DNA of 47,701 nt, taken from the NCBI GenBank assembly GCA_045804705.1, contig JBJMMQ010000193.1:1-47701 (forward strand). The letters run 5' to 3'. The notes under the pieces were generated by a model, which saw only the letters and a list, made by a program, of their open reading frames with translations, was not told where the DNA came from and did not search any database. This stretch comes from Chloroflexota bacterium. GTDB taxonomy: Bacteria > Chloroflexota > Limnocylindria > Limnocylindrales > CSP1-4. Below are positions 7,876 to 17,637 of the stretch, one piece after another (the first letter of the stretch is position 1; each line of letters starts with the position of its first letter). The translations under genes and the position numbers were made by a program.

Positions 7876-9617
7876 AAGCCGCCGCCGGCGCCGCCGCCGC
7901 CCCCGCCCGAGCCGCCACCGCCGAACCCGCCACCTCCACCGCCGCCCGATGACGCAGGGGAATTGCCGATGGTCCCCAGCGCGGACATCATCCCGCCGAT
8001 GTCGGGGATCCCGGAGTCCGAGAACATGCTGACGTGGCCGCCGGCCGCCGCGGACGATCCGAGGAACGGCGATCCATTCGAGTTCTGGTACCAGATCGGG
8101 AAGTAGGGGACCGCGCCCGCCGTCGTGCCCGCCTTGAGGTCGGCCATGCTCCGGGACAGGACGCCCTCGATGTCTCCCTGCAGACCGAGCGCCGTCCCCC
8201 ACACGACGGCCTGATCCGGCGTGTCGAGCCACGGGAGACCGGCTTCGGCGATGACCTGGTCCATCGATCGCGCCTGCTCCATCGTCTTCTGGAGGGTCCG
8301 GCGGTAGGCGGCGAGCATCGCGCGGATCATCGCGCCCGACATCGTCACCGCCGGCATCACCCGGGAGAAGAGGAGGATGACGATCCCGCCACCGACAGCG
8401 GCGGCTCCGATGAGGGTCAGGCCCGACACCGGGATGTTGAAGCCGGCCCAGATGCCGACGATCCCGGCGATGACGGCGAGCACGCCGCGACCCGTCCAGC
8501 GGCTGGCCACCTTGCTCGGTCGCTCGTCGAACCAGCCACGATCGACGACGTGGCTCTCGAGCGCCGTATCGAAGGCGGCCACCTCCGAGCCGAACTTGGG
8601 CAGGTCATCCGGGCTGATGAACCCGCCCTCGGATCTGCCGAGCATCTGCAGCTTGCGCATCGCAACGTCCTCGGCGGGGCCCGTCGGGCGTCGCGCGTTA
8701 AGCCGGCGCTGTGCTTCGACCTCGGGGTCACCAGCGGCGGGTTTGACATCGACCCCGACCTTCTTGCCACCGATCCCGAGCAGTCCACCCTGGTCCTCGC
8801 GAAACGCGATGAGGCCGCGAGAGGCGAGGTCGAGCATGGCAGTCGTCAGCGCCCGGCGGGACGTCGACCCGTCCATCACCATCGCGCCCGACGCGGCGGT
8901 CAGGTCGGGCGGCGGCGCTGGCATCAGGACCGATGAGTCGTCGAGGTAGACAGGGTCCTTGCCGTACCTCCGCCAGTGGAACAAGGCCCAGCCGGACAGG
9001 CCGAGGAAGACGATCGGCGCTCCGACGAGGCCGAGGACGGCATTGATCTGGCGCGACTGCTGAAGCTCGGCCGCGTGCGCCGGCGACGCCGCGGCGTCGA
9101 CCTTCTGGAGCGCGACGCGGAGAGCGGCATCGAAATCCCCGCCGCGGAGATAGGGAAGCATGTCGTCCTCGAAGATCGACTGCCGCTCCTCGTTCGACAG
9201 GAATTTAGCCCGGAACCCCGGACCCGCGAACAGCTGCACCTGGCCGTGCTCGAGATTGGGCTCCATGTCGAAGAAGATCACCAGGCCATCGTCGAAGCCC
9301 GCGCGTCCGACGCCCCATTGATCCATCAGCGCCCGCGCCTTGGCCTCCGTCTGCTCGGTCGTCGGACGCTCCCCGCTGTCCTGGGTGTACACGACGACCT
9401 CGGCGCCCGTGCGGGCCTCGATGCCGTCGATGACCCGCTCGGCGTTCGCGATCGCGGTCGGCGACAGGATCCCGGCATAGTCGTAGACGGTCCGGTCGGT
9501 CTCCGGCGGCGGGAATGGCGGCCCGGGAGGCACGGACGCGGCCCGTGTGACGCCGGCTGCGGCGAGGATCAGGAAGCCGAGGGCGAGCAGGGGCAGGAGA
9601 GCGATCGCGCGGCGCAT
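7872..9617 (-). CDS. TPM (DUF477) domain membrane protein with DUF2207-like C-terminal region and Gly-rich tail
   Basis: Signal peptide; VYDYAGILS...TGAEVVVYT...WGVGRAGFDDGLVIF; TM segments; TAMLDLASRGLI; tail GGGFGGGGSGGGGGGAGGGF. Start at 9617 or 9641. Confidence 0.8.
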   Translation of the reverse strand: MRRAIALLPLLALGFLILAAAGVTRAASVPPGPPFPPPETDRTVYDYAGILSPTAIANAERVIDGIEARTGAEVVVYTQDSGERPTTEQTEAKARALMDQWGVGRAGFDDGLVIFFDMEPNLEHGQVQLFAGPGFRAKFLSNEERQSIFEDDMLPYLRGGDFDAALRVALQKVDAAASPAHAAELQQSRQINAVLGLVGAPIVFLGLSGWALFHWRRYGKDPVYLDDSSVLMPAPPPDLTAASGAMVMDGSTSRRALTTAMLDLASRGLIAFREDQGGLLGIGGKKVGVDVKPAAGDPEVEAQRRLNARRPTGPAEDVAMRKLQMLGRSEGGFISPDDLPKFGSEVAAFDTALESHVVDRGWFDERPSKVASRWTGRGVLAVIAGIVGIWAGFNIPVSGLTLIGAAAVGGGIVILLFSRVMPAVTMSGAMIRAMLAAYRRTLQKTMEQARSMDQVIAEAGLPWLDTPDQAVVWGTALGLQGDIEGVLSRSMADLKAGTTAGAVPYFPIWYQNSNGSPFLGSSAAAGGHVSMFSDSGIPDIGGMMSALGTIGNSPASSGGGGGGGFGGGGSGGGGGGAGGGF

Positions 9618-9637
9618 CGGCCGCAGGATAGAGCCGT

Positions 9638-10930
9638 TCATGCCCGGGCCGCGCGGGCCAGGCGCAAGCGACCGTCAGTCTCGAGGAAGACCTGCGGCGG
9701 CCGGCGGCGGCCGTTGTAGGTGGAGGCGAGCGAGGCCGCGTACGCACCAGCGTCCCGGATCGCGACCAGGTCACCTCTGCGCAATGCCGGGAGGTCGTGG
9801 ATGCCGAGGGCGTCCGTCGATTCGCAGATCGGACCCTCCACCCGGGTCGGGGCGATGTCGGCGGCGGCGATCCTCGTCGCGTCCTCGACCGCGGCGCCGT
9901 CGACCGGACGCCCGAGCGAGGTCAGCGCGAGGATCGGGTGGCGTGCGCCGTACAGCGCGGGGCGGATGAGCTCGGTCATCCCTGCGTCGATGACGACCTG
10001 GCGGCCGCCGCGCTCTCGCACGTGGAGGACGCGGGCGACGAGCCAGCCCGAGCGGGCGACGAGGGCGCGGCCGGGCTCGATGGCCAGCCGCGACGGCCGG
10101 CGATCGTCCGGCAGCGCCTCGAGGAGCTCGGGCACCTCGCGTGCAAAGCGCTCCGCTCCGGGCGACGGCTCGTCGGGTGGGAAGACCGGGAAACCGCCAC
10201 CGACATCGAGCGTGTCGAAATCCTCGAGCGTCCCGCGAAGGAGGGCGACGACCGCGAGTCCACGCCGGACGGCGTCGCGCCACGCGTCGACCGCTCGGAG
10301 CTGCGAGCCGACGTGGAGCTGCACGCCCCGCGGCCTGACCGCGCCACCCCCGCCCCTCGCCAACCAGCCGACGACGCCTGTGGCCTCGGTCTCGGTCATG
10401 CCGAACTTCGAGGCCCCGGCGCCGACGGCGAGAGCATCGATCGTTTCCGGGGTCACGTCAGGGTTGAGCCGGACGAGCACGTCGAGCGGGGGCCGTCCCC
10501 CGCGACCGAGCTTGGCCGTGTGGGCCAGCCGGCTCACCACTTCGGCCTCATCACCCGACTCGATCGCGACCCAGAGGAGCGGCGTGCTCGTGGCCGCGGC
10601 CCGGACGGCGGCCCGGAGATCGCCGTCGGTCTTGCCGATCCCCTCGAGCGTGATCCGGTCGTTCGAAAGCCCGGCACGCCGCGCCGCCGCCCACTCTCCC
10701 CTGGAGACGACGTTCGCGCCGAAACCGCGCGCGGCGACTTCCGCCACGATCGCGGGGACGTCGTTCGCCTTGACCGAGTACTGCCGGATCCACGGGTCGG
10801 GGAACGCCGAACGAACCGCCGCCGCGGCCCTATCGAGCTCCGTGAGATCGGTGACGTATGCGGGCGTCCCGAACCGATCGGCGGCGTCGCGAAGAGCCCC
10901 CGCGACCGACGCCTCAGTCGCGGACGACAA
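9638..10930 (-). CDS. lysA: Diaminopimelate decarboxylase (PLP fold type III)
   Basis: FGTPAYV, YSVKAN (PLP Lys), SKFG, HVGSQ, LDVGGG, IEPGR, LIRPALY, GPICESTD, AGAY...YN. Confidence 0.85.
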   Translation of the reverse strand: MSSATEASVAGALRDAADRFGTPAYVTDLTELDRAAAAVRSAFPDPWIRQYSVKANDVPAIVAEVAARGFGANVVSRGEWAAARRAGLSNDRITLEGIGKTDGDLRAAVRAAATSTPLLWVAIESGDEAEVVSRLAHTAKLGRGGRPPLDVLVRLNPDVTPETIDALAVGAGASKFGMTETEATGVVGWLARGGGGAVRPRGVQLHVGSQLRAVDAWRDAVRRGLAVVALLRGTLEDFDTLDVGGGFPVFPPDEPSPGAERFAREVPELLEALPDDRRPSRLAIEPGRALVARSGWLVARVLHVRERGGRQVVIDAGMTELIRPALYGARHPILALTSLGRPVDGAAVEDATRIAAADIAPTRVEGPICESTDALGIHDLPALRRGDLVAIRDAGAYAASLASTYNGRRRPPQVFLETDGRLRLARAARA

Positions 10931-11303
10931 GCCGGACGGCGGTACTGACGAGGCTCAGGACGACCGCGCCGACGACAGCCGCGACGATGGTGTCGATGGA
11001 CAGGAGGGTCGGCGGAAAGTCGCCGATCGTGAGGTCGAACTTGAAGGCCTGGGCGATGACAGCCGTCAGGAGCAGCAGGCCGGCGTTGATGGCGAAGCCG
11101 ATCAGCCCCATCGTCATGAACGTCAGCGGCAGCGCGAGGGTCCGGACGATCGGGCCGATCAGGCCGTTGACCACGCCGAAGATCGCGGCGAGCACGAGCA
11201 GACCGAGGATCTCACCCTCGTAGTTGACGTACTGGGGCAGGAACCGCGTCAGGATGTAGAACGCGATCGCGGTGATGATCGTCCCGACGATGAAGCCTCT
11301 CAA
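10914..11303 (-). CDS. 4-TM membrane protein, YvlD/DUF360 (phage holin superfamily IV-like)
   Basis: AAIFGVVNGLIGPIVRTLALPLTFMTMGLIGFAINAGLL signature. TTG start with GGAGG. Confidence 0.85.
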   Translation of the reverse strand: MRGFIVGTIITAIAFYILTRFLPQYVNYEGEILGLLVLAAIFGVVNGLIGPIVRTLALPLTFMTMGLIGFAINAGLLLLTAVIAQAFKFDLTIGDFPPTLLSIDTIVAAVVGAVVLSLVSTAVRLVVRD

Positions 11304-11379
11304 GGCGGTCCCTCCGAGTGGTGGGCGATGATCGCAGAGAGTCCCTTAGTGAGGATGTCCCGGTCAAGGCGCGCGGTCC

Positions 11380-11976
11380 TCACCGCGCCAGCCCCGCGAG
11401 CAGGCGATCTTTCACGGCGGGCCACTCCTCCGAGGTGATGCTGAAGTAGGCGGAGTGGCGGACGGATCCGTCGGGCATGATCATGTGGTTCCGGAAGACG
11501 CCCTCGAACGTCGCGCCGATGCCCGCGAGCGCGTTGCGCGACCTCTCGTTCCGTGAATGCGTCTTGAACTCCACCCGCTGTGCGTCGAGCGACTCGAATG
11601 CGTGGGTCAGCTGGAGCAGCTTCGCCTCGCGGTTCGCCCCCGTTCGCTGCCAGCTGGTCCCGACCCACGTCCAGCCGATCTCGAGGCGGCGGTGCTCGGG
11701 GACGATCGACATGAACCGGCTGCTGCCGATCGCCCTGCCCGTGGCCCGGTCGACGGTCGCGAACGGACGCTCGATGCCCTCGGCAGCGTTGGCGAGCGCG
11801 GTATCCACCCAGCGCCGCAGACCCGCCTCGTCCTGAGGACCCATGATCGTCCAGCGCCAGACGGGCGGGTCGAGGCCGACGACCAGCAGGTCCGCGAGAT
11901 GGTCCGCGCGGAGTGGCTCGAGGCGGACGCGATCGCCCTCGAGGACGACCGGTTCGACCCACGTCTGTCCTGGCAT
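11380..11976 (-). CDS. GNAT N-acetyltransferase (RimJ/RimL family)
   Basis: LEGDRVRLEPL...RLEIGWTW...WQRTGANREAKLLQLTHAFE...RVEFKT..RNERSRNA...GATFEGVFRNH. Confidence 0.9.
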   Translation of the reverse strand: MPGQTWVEPVVLEGDRVRLEPLRADHLADLLVVGLDPPVWRWTIMGPQDEAGLRRWVDTALANAAEGIERPFATVDRATGRAIGSSRFMSIVPEHRRLEIGWTWVGTSWQRTGANREAKLLQLTHAFESLDAQRVEFKTHSRNERSRNALAGIGATFEGVFRNHMIMPDGSVRHSAYFSITSEEWPAVKDRLLAGLAR

Positions 11977-12014
11977 CGTCGGATGGTAGACCGGCCGACT
12001 GCTAGGATGCCCGG

Positions 12015-12446
12015 GTGAACCGCGGTCTCTCCGTCGAGCAGTTGGACGGGCTCCTCGACGAGCGCCGGCTTGCGGTCATGTCCACTTTTCGAGCCGACGG
12101 GACGGTCCTCCTGTCGCCGCTCTGGTTCGTCTGGGAGGACGGCGGGTTCACCATCGCGATGGCCGCCGGCGACGGCAAGCTGAAGCACCTCCGACGCGAT
12201 CCGCGCGTCACGATCGTGGTCAACGAGGACGATTTCCCGTACCGCGGCTTCGAGGTCCGCGGCGTCGCCATCCTCCTCGATGTTCCCTACGGCCCGGTCG
12301 TCCGCCGGATCGCGACGCGCTATGTCGGCGAGGCGGCGTCCGCCTTCTACGACGACGAGCACGGTGGCACTGTCGCCCGGATCGAACCCGGGCACGCGCG
12401 CGGCTGGGATTTTCGCGACGACCTCGCTGCGATGGGCGTGCTGTAG
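12015..12446 (+). CDS. PPOX-class (pyridoxamine 5'-phosphate oxidase-like) probable F420-dependent enzyme
   Basis: LAVMSTFRADGT..LSPLWF...KLKHLRRDPRVTIVV...YRGFEVRG. Confidence 0.85.
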   Translation: MNRGLSVEQLDGLLDERRLAVMSTFRADGTVLLSPLWFVWEDGGFTIAMAAGDGKLKHLRRDPRVTIVVNEDDFPYRGFEVRGVAILLDVPYGPVVRRIATRYVGEAASAFYDDEHGGTVARIEPGHARGWDFRDDLAAMGVL

Positions 12447-14201
12447 GTGGCCACATTCGCCGAGACCGTCGACGCGTTCCTGGCCGACACGTTCGAGCGC
12501 GATCCCGTCTTCGCGACGTCCATCGGCGAGCACGCGCACGACGCGCTCTGGCCGGACTTGTCCTCGCGCGGCCGTGCCGAGCGCCTCGCGGCGAACGAGC
12601 GGTGGCTGACGACGTTCCGCGAGATGACGGACCTCTCGGCCGACGACGCCATCGACCGCGACCTGCTGATCGGCGAGCTCGAAGCCGCGGTCTTCGCCGA
12701 AACGACTCTTGCCGAAGACGCCTGGAACCCTCTGGCGTGGGTCTACCTCATCGGTGAGGGCCTGTTCGCGCTCCAGGCCCGCGAGTTCGCGCCGCTCGCC
12801 GACAGGCTGTCGTCCGTCGCCGGACGGCTCGAGCGGCTCCCTCCGGTCCTCGACGCCGCCCGCGAGACGCTCGTCGGCCACGACGGACGACCCGTCGCGC
12901 GTTTCCACACTGAGACGGCGCTCCGACAGCTGGCCGGGATCGGCGAGCTCATCGACGACGCCTTGTCCTCGGCGGATGAGGCCGGCCCGAGCGACGCTCG
13001 GGTGGAGACGCTGGTGCCTCGCCTGGCCGCGGCCGCCGACATCGCTCGGGCCGCGCTCGCCGCCTTCGAGACGCACCTGCGTGACGTCGTCCTTCCTGCG
13101 AGCGACGGCGAGGGACGGCTCGGGCATGAGCTCTTCGCCGAGAAGATGCGGCACACCATGCGCTCCGAGACACTCACTCCCGACCGACTGCTCGCCTCCG
13201 CGGAGCGGGATTTCGGCGCCGTCCGCGCCGAGATGGTTCGGCTCGCGGGCGAGCTCTGGCCGACGTGGAGACCCGACTCCCCGCGGCCCGACGATGAACA
13301 AACGCTCGTCCGGGGGGTCCTCGATGCGATCGCCGCGGAGCACCCGGCCGCCGACGACCTTCTCGACTTCTGCCGCTCGGAGAACGGGCGGATCGAGGCG
13401 TTCTGCCGGGAACGCGACCTGATCGGATTGGCCGACGAACCCCTGATCATCCGCTGGACGCCGGTCTTCCTCCGCTCGTTCGGAGGCGCGATGCTGTCGT
13501 CGCCCGGCCCGCTCGACAAGGGACAGAAGGCGTTCTTCGCGATCACGCCGATGCCCGAGGACTGGTCCGATGAGCAGCGCGAGTCCAATCTCCGCGAGGA
13601 CAACGATCGGATGTTGCGCGTCCTGACCATCCATGAGGCGGTCCCGGGACACTACCTCCAGGGCGTCTACGCGAACCGCTGCCCCTCGATCGTGCGGGCG
13701 ATCTTCCAGAGCGGGCTCTTCGCCGAGGGCTGGGCGGTGTACGTGACCCAGGTGATGATGGACCAGGGGTATGGCGCCGATGACCCGGCGCTGATGCTCG
13801 TCCACTGGAAGTTCTATCTGCGCTCGATCACGAACGCGATCATCGACAGGCGCATCCACTGCGACGACATGACCGGCGACGAGGCGGTCGCGTTGATGGT
13901 CGACGGCGGTTTCCAGGAGGAGGCCGAGGCACGCGCCAAGTTCGACCGGGCGCGTCTGTCGTCGACGCAGCTGACGACGTACTACGCCGGTTCACTGGAG
14001 ATGTGGGAGATCGAACGTGAGGCGCGCATCCGCGCCGCAGCGGCGTCCGGGGATCCGCGCGGCGAGTCAGCGGTGCCGGCGCAACGGGTCGTCGGCGATC
14101 TCGGCGACACACCCGGGTTCGTTTATCGGACGCACCTCGAGTCGGTCATCGCCCACGGCGCGCCACCGACGTCACTCCTGCGCAGGATCCTGTTCGACTG
14201 A
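12447..14201 (+). CDS. DUF885 family protein (putative metallopeptidase-like)
   Basis: PVFATSIG.H..D; HEAVPGHYLQ; FAEGWAVY; QLTTYYAG motifs typical of DUF885. GTG start abuts the upstream stop. Confidence 0.85.
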   Translation: MATFAETVDAFLADTFERDPVFATSIGEHAHDALWPDLSSRGRAERLAANERWLTTFREMTDLSADDAIDRDLLIGELEAAVFAETTLAEDAWNPLAWVYLIGEGLFALQAREFAPLADRLSSVAGRLERLPPVLDAARETLVGHDGRPVARFHTETALRQLAGIGELIDDALSSADEAGPSDARVETLVPRLAAAADIARAALAAFETHLRDVVLPASDGEGRLGHELFAEKMRHTMRSETLTPDRLLASAERDFGAVRAEMVRLAGELWPTWRPDSPRPDDEQTLVRGVLDAIAAEHPAADDLLDFCRSENGRIEAFCRERDLIGLADEPLIIRWTPVFLRSFGGAMLSSPGPLDKGQKAFFAITPMPEDWSDEQRESNLREDNDRMLRVLTIHEAVPGHYLQGVYANRCPSIVRAIFQSGLFAEGWAVYVTQVMMDQGYGADDPALMLVHWKFYLRSITNAIIDRRIHCDDMTGDEAVALMVDGGFQEEAEARAKFDRARLSSTQLTTYYAGSLEMWEIEREARIRAAAASGDPRGESAVPAQRVVGDLGDTPGFVYRTHLESVIAHGAPPTSLLRRILFD

Positions 14202-17200
14202 CGCCGGTCGTCGCCTCCCGCGCGCAGCGGCTCGCGCGCCGGACGGCGTCAGAAGGGCGTCGATGCGGTAGCCGGCCGCCTCCGCCATCTCGGCGATCCG
14301 TGTCGGGAAGGCGGTGTCGGTGGCCTCGGGGTCCGCGATGAGCGTGTCGAGCATCGCCGCCCAACGTGCCAGGTCGATGACGCGTTCGCGATCGACGTAC
14401 TCGACTCCCTCCCAGGTGTTGACCCCGAGGGCGGTCCGGACAGTCGCGTCGGCGAGCCACGCGCTCAGCAGCTTCACGTCACGACTCTGCGCTGTACCGC
14501 TCACCGTCGACGGCCGGGCGAGTGCGAGCAGGACGCGGACACGGTCGGCCACCTGCCACGCCGAAGCCTCATCGAGCCCGAACCGCCGCAGCCCCTGCGC
14601 GAGTGGCGCGGCAAGGCGCAGCTCGTCGTACCAGGCGCGGGTCGTTGCCGCCGGGTCACCCGTCGGGGCGAGGCGGCCCATCGGCTCGAGGACCAGCCAG
14701 GCGAACAGCGCCGCCCGATCCAGCGGATCAGGGCCGACGGCGGTGGAGGAGGGAGCTGCCGCTGTTCGTTCGGCCGCTGTCGCGGCAAGCTCGTCCGCCG
14801 CCGAGGCGGGGACGCCGGTCGCCTCGGCGACCGACGTGTACAACGCGGTGACACGTTCAGGGGTCGCGGCCGGGCCAGTTTCGGCCCCCGGTCGCGCTGC
14901 GTCCTCGAAGACCGCCCTGAGCGGCGCGTGAACGGGTTCGAGCTGGAGCTCCCGCATCGCCTCATCGAGTGAGCGGACGCCGGCTCCGCCAAGCCGGGCC
15001 GCGAGCCGCGACCACTGCCCCGCGATGCCGTCGTGGACCTCCCGGAACTCCCAGAAGACGTGGCTCCCGTAGGCATCGAGCGAGAACTCGAGGCCGCGCT
15101 CGCGGATCTCGGCGCACGACCGGACGTACTCGAGCCTCGTGCGGGAATCCCGGAAGGTGACGAACATCGATGCGTCCCCTGGCAGCCCGAGACCATCGGC
15201 CAGCGTCCGCCGGACGATGCGTTTCGACCCGTCCGGTGACTTCACGGCGTAGCGAGCGGAGCGGTGGATGCGTCCTCGGGTCGAGGCGAACCGGGTGTGA
15301 TACAGGACGAGCGATCGATCCGGTCCGGACCCGTTCGAATAGGCGAGCACGGCCTCGTCGACGCCGTCCGGCGTCACGAAGTCATACAGCAGGAAATCGG
15401 CCGCCTCGGCGAACCACGCCCGGCGATGAAGGAGCGGGAAGATCTCGCGCTCATGGCGTTCGACCAGCCACGGGTCCGGCTGCTCGTCGAGCATCGCCCG
15501 GCGGAACTCCATCCCGTACTTCTCGCCGAAACCCTGGACCTGGCCATGGCCGAGCATCGGCAACCCGGGGAGTGTCGCGAGGACGGTCGCGACGCCGAAG
15601 TACTTGTCGCCCTTGCCGAACTGCTCGAGGGCCGTCTTCTCGTCCGGGTTGCTCATGAAGTTGACGTAGCGCTTGAGGATCTCGGGATCGAATTCGATCG
15701 TTTCGCGGATGACCTTCCGGTAGCCCTTGCCGTCCTCGTCACGGAGCATGTGCATGAATGCGCTGTTGTAGACGCGGTGCATCCCGAGCGTCCGGACGAA
15801 GTAGCCCTCGAGGAGCCAGAACGCTTCCGCGAGCAGGAGCGTGTCCGGCACTTCGGCGGCGACGCGATCGACGACCTCGCGCCAGAACTCGACGGGCATC
15901 CGTCGTTCGAACTCCTCCTTGGGCATCGCGTGCTCGGCGCGTGACGGGATGCCGCCGCCCTGGCCGGGCTCCGGCCACCACAGCCGCTCGATGTGCTTCC
16001 GGGCAAGGACCATCGCGGCGTCGAAGCGGATGATCGGGAAGCGCCGGGCGACCTCGATGATCGTCCGGATGACGTGCTCGCGGACCGTCGCATCGAGGAA
16101 ATCGAGCTGTGCCGTGTCATTCCACGGGAAGCTCGTCCCGTCGTTCCCGTGGTAGACGTATCGCGCATCGCCCGTCCGGTGGTCGTACCGCTTGAACACC
16201 ACCGCCGCATCGCTGTCGTCCCAGTAGTGGTCCTCGAGGACGATGGAGACCCGCGGGTCAGGCGAGAGGTCAGGCCCGGTATAGGTGTAGGCGGGGTATG
16301 GGGGCTCCGGCAGCGAAAGGAACCACTCCGGGTGATCGATGACCCAGCGCGAATCGATGCCCATGTGGTTGGGGACCATGTCGCTGGCGAGCCGGATGCC
16401 GTGGCCCCAGGCCCTGTCGCGTAGGTGCGCGTACGCGCCCTCGCCGCCGAGGTCGTCCGCGATGCGGTAGTCGTCGAGCGAGTACGCCGAGGCGACCGCG
16501 TCCACGTTCCCGCGCATGCGCTTGATCGTCGCCGACGCCGTGGAGCGCTCCCACAGGCCGATGAGCCACAGGCCCGTGACGCCCCAGCGGGCAAGCGTCT
16601 CGAGTTCCTCATCGGGGATGGCGTCGAGCGTGCGGATCTCGCGCCGGTAGGTCCGCGACAGCTGGTCGAGCCAGACGTACGTGCTCTTGGCCATGAGCAC
16701 GACCTGAGGCATCCAGGCGGAATCGGATGAGAACGCGTCGGGCTCGTCCGCGGCGCCCGCGAACGACGGCGTCTCCGGTCGGCCACCGGCGCCGTCGCCA
16801 CCACCACCGAACCGCAGATGCAGCGCCCGCTCTTCGTCGGCGAGGATGCCGAGCGCGAGGTCGAACCGACGGAGGAGGTCGTCGAGTCCGGCTCCCAGGA
16901 TCGAGCCCCACCGAGCCCGGACGAACCGGAGCTGCGCGGCAAGGGACGTCGGCGCCTGACGAGCCGGCAGCCGGATCAGCTCGATCAGCGATCCACCGTC
17001 GCCTTCGAGCGGCGGCCCCGCGGCGAAGATGGCCTCGAGCTCGCTGATCGCGGCCGTGTAGCGAGTCCGCTCGGCCAGCGTCCGGTCGTCGACCAGCTCC
17101 TGGATCGCTCCGATCGCCGGGTTCTCGTTGGCGATGCGCGTCAGCAACAGCTCCTCGAGGCGCTCGGTCGTCGGTTCCGGGTCCGGACCCGCGCCCGGGA

Positions 17201-17531
17201 ACTCGTCGGCGAACCGATCGAGCAGCCGGTCGGCGTCAGGCCCGAGGCTGCCTTCGAGCTTCTCGAGTGCACCGGCCATCGCCCCGGGCTGGACGGTCGT
17301 CTCGTAATGATCGATGAGCAGGTGACCGACCTCGTGGAGCAGCCCGAGGGCCGCGATCTCGCCGGCCTGGACGGACGGCGCACCGTCGGCCCGCGCGCGG
17401 TTCATGCGATCGGCCAGCCTCCGGATGCCCGCCGTGTCGCTGACGACGAGGTCGCCGCGGATGCCGACCAGAGGCCGCCTGACGGCATATCGATCGCGCG
17501 GCTCGCGGCGGACGTGGAAGTCACGGTCCAT
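14172..17531 (-). CDS. Large GH13 alpha-amylase-family glycoside hydrolase (~1120 aa)
   Basis: GH13 regions DMVPNH (I), RFDAAM (II), LLAEAFW (III), FMSNPDE (IV), plus WNDTAQLD and TLPGLPM. Start taken as ATG 17531. Confidence 0.88.
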   Translation of the reverse strand: MDRDFHVRREPRDRYAVRRPLVGIRGDLVVSDTAGIRRLADRMNRARADGAPSVQAGEIAALGLLHEVGHLLIDHYETTVQPGAMAGALEKLEGSLGPDADRLLDRFADEFPGAGPDPEPTTERLEELLLTRIANENPAIGAIQELVDDRTLAERTRYTAAISELEAIFAAGPPLEGDGGSLIELIRLPARQAPTSLAAQLRFVRARWGSILGAGLDDLLRRFDLALGILADEERALHLRFGGGGDGAGGRPETPSFAGAADEPDAFSSDSAWMPQVVLMAKSTYVWLDQLSRTYRREIRTLDAIPDEELETLARWGVTGLWLIGLWERSTASATIKRMRGNVDAVASAYSLDDYRIADDLGGEGAYAHLRDRAWGHGIRLASDMVPNHMGIDSRWVIDHPEWFLSLPEPPYPAYTYTGPDLSPDPRVSIVLEDHYWDDSDAAVVFKRYDHRTGDARYVYHGNDGTSFPWNDTAQLDFLDATVREHVIRTIIEVARRFPIIRFDAAMVLARKHIERLWWPEPGQGGGIPSRAEHAMPKEEFERRMPVEFWREVVDRVAAEVPDTLLLAEAFWLLEGYFVRTLGMHRVYNSAFMHMLRDEDGKGYRKVIRETIEFDPEILKRYVNFMSNPDEKTALEQFGKGDKYFGVATVLATLPGLPMLGHGQVQGFGEKYGMEFRRAMLDEQPDPWLVERHEREIFPLLHRRAWFAEAADFLLYDFVTPDGVDEAVLAYSNGSGPDRSLVLYHTRFASTRGRIHRSARYAVKSPDGSKRIVRRTLADGLGLPGDASMFVTFRDSRTRLEYVRSCAEIRERGLEFSLDAYGSHVFWEFREVHDGIAGQWSRLAARLGGAGVRSLDEAMRELQLEPVHAPLRAVFEDAARPGAETGPAATPERVTALYTSVAEATGVPASAADELAATAAERTAAAPSSTAVGPDPLDRAALFAWLVLEPMGRLAPTGDPAATTRAWYDELRLAAPLAQGLRRFGLDEASAWQVADRVRVLLALARPSTVSGTAQSRDVKLLSAWLADATVRTALGVNTWEGVEYVDRERVIDLARWAAMLDTLIADPEATDTAFPTRIAEMAEAAGYRIDALLTPSGARAAARGRRRPASVEQDPAQE

Positions 17532-17637
17532 GGCATGAAGGATGGCACGCGGCGATCGTGGACGACGCGTCCGTTGCCGCCTCCGGTCCTCACCACGCAC
17601 ACGCGCACTCGCCGTGCGCTTCGCGAGACCATCGAGG

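Noticed and set aside
7875-7950. GCC/CCG-rich repeat tract
   Set aside because: It simply encodes the Gly-rich tail typical of TPM/DUF2207 proteins.
10914-11303. Holin-like gene as evidence of a prophage
   Set aside because: YvlD/DUF360 proteins are common chromosomal genes, and no phage, integrase or lysin genes are nearby.
9720-11438. 572-aa plus-strand ORF
   Set aside because: Ser/Arg/Ala-rich antisense shadow of lysA and the 4-TM gene.
11607-13859. 750-aa minus-strand ORF
   Set aside because: Antisense shadow of the PPOX and DUF885 genes. It has no family motifs, and such long shadow ORFs are expected at this GC content.
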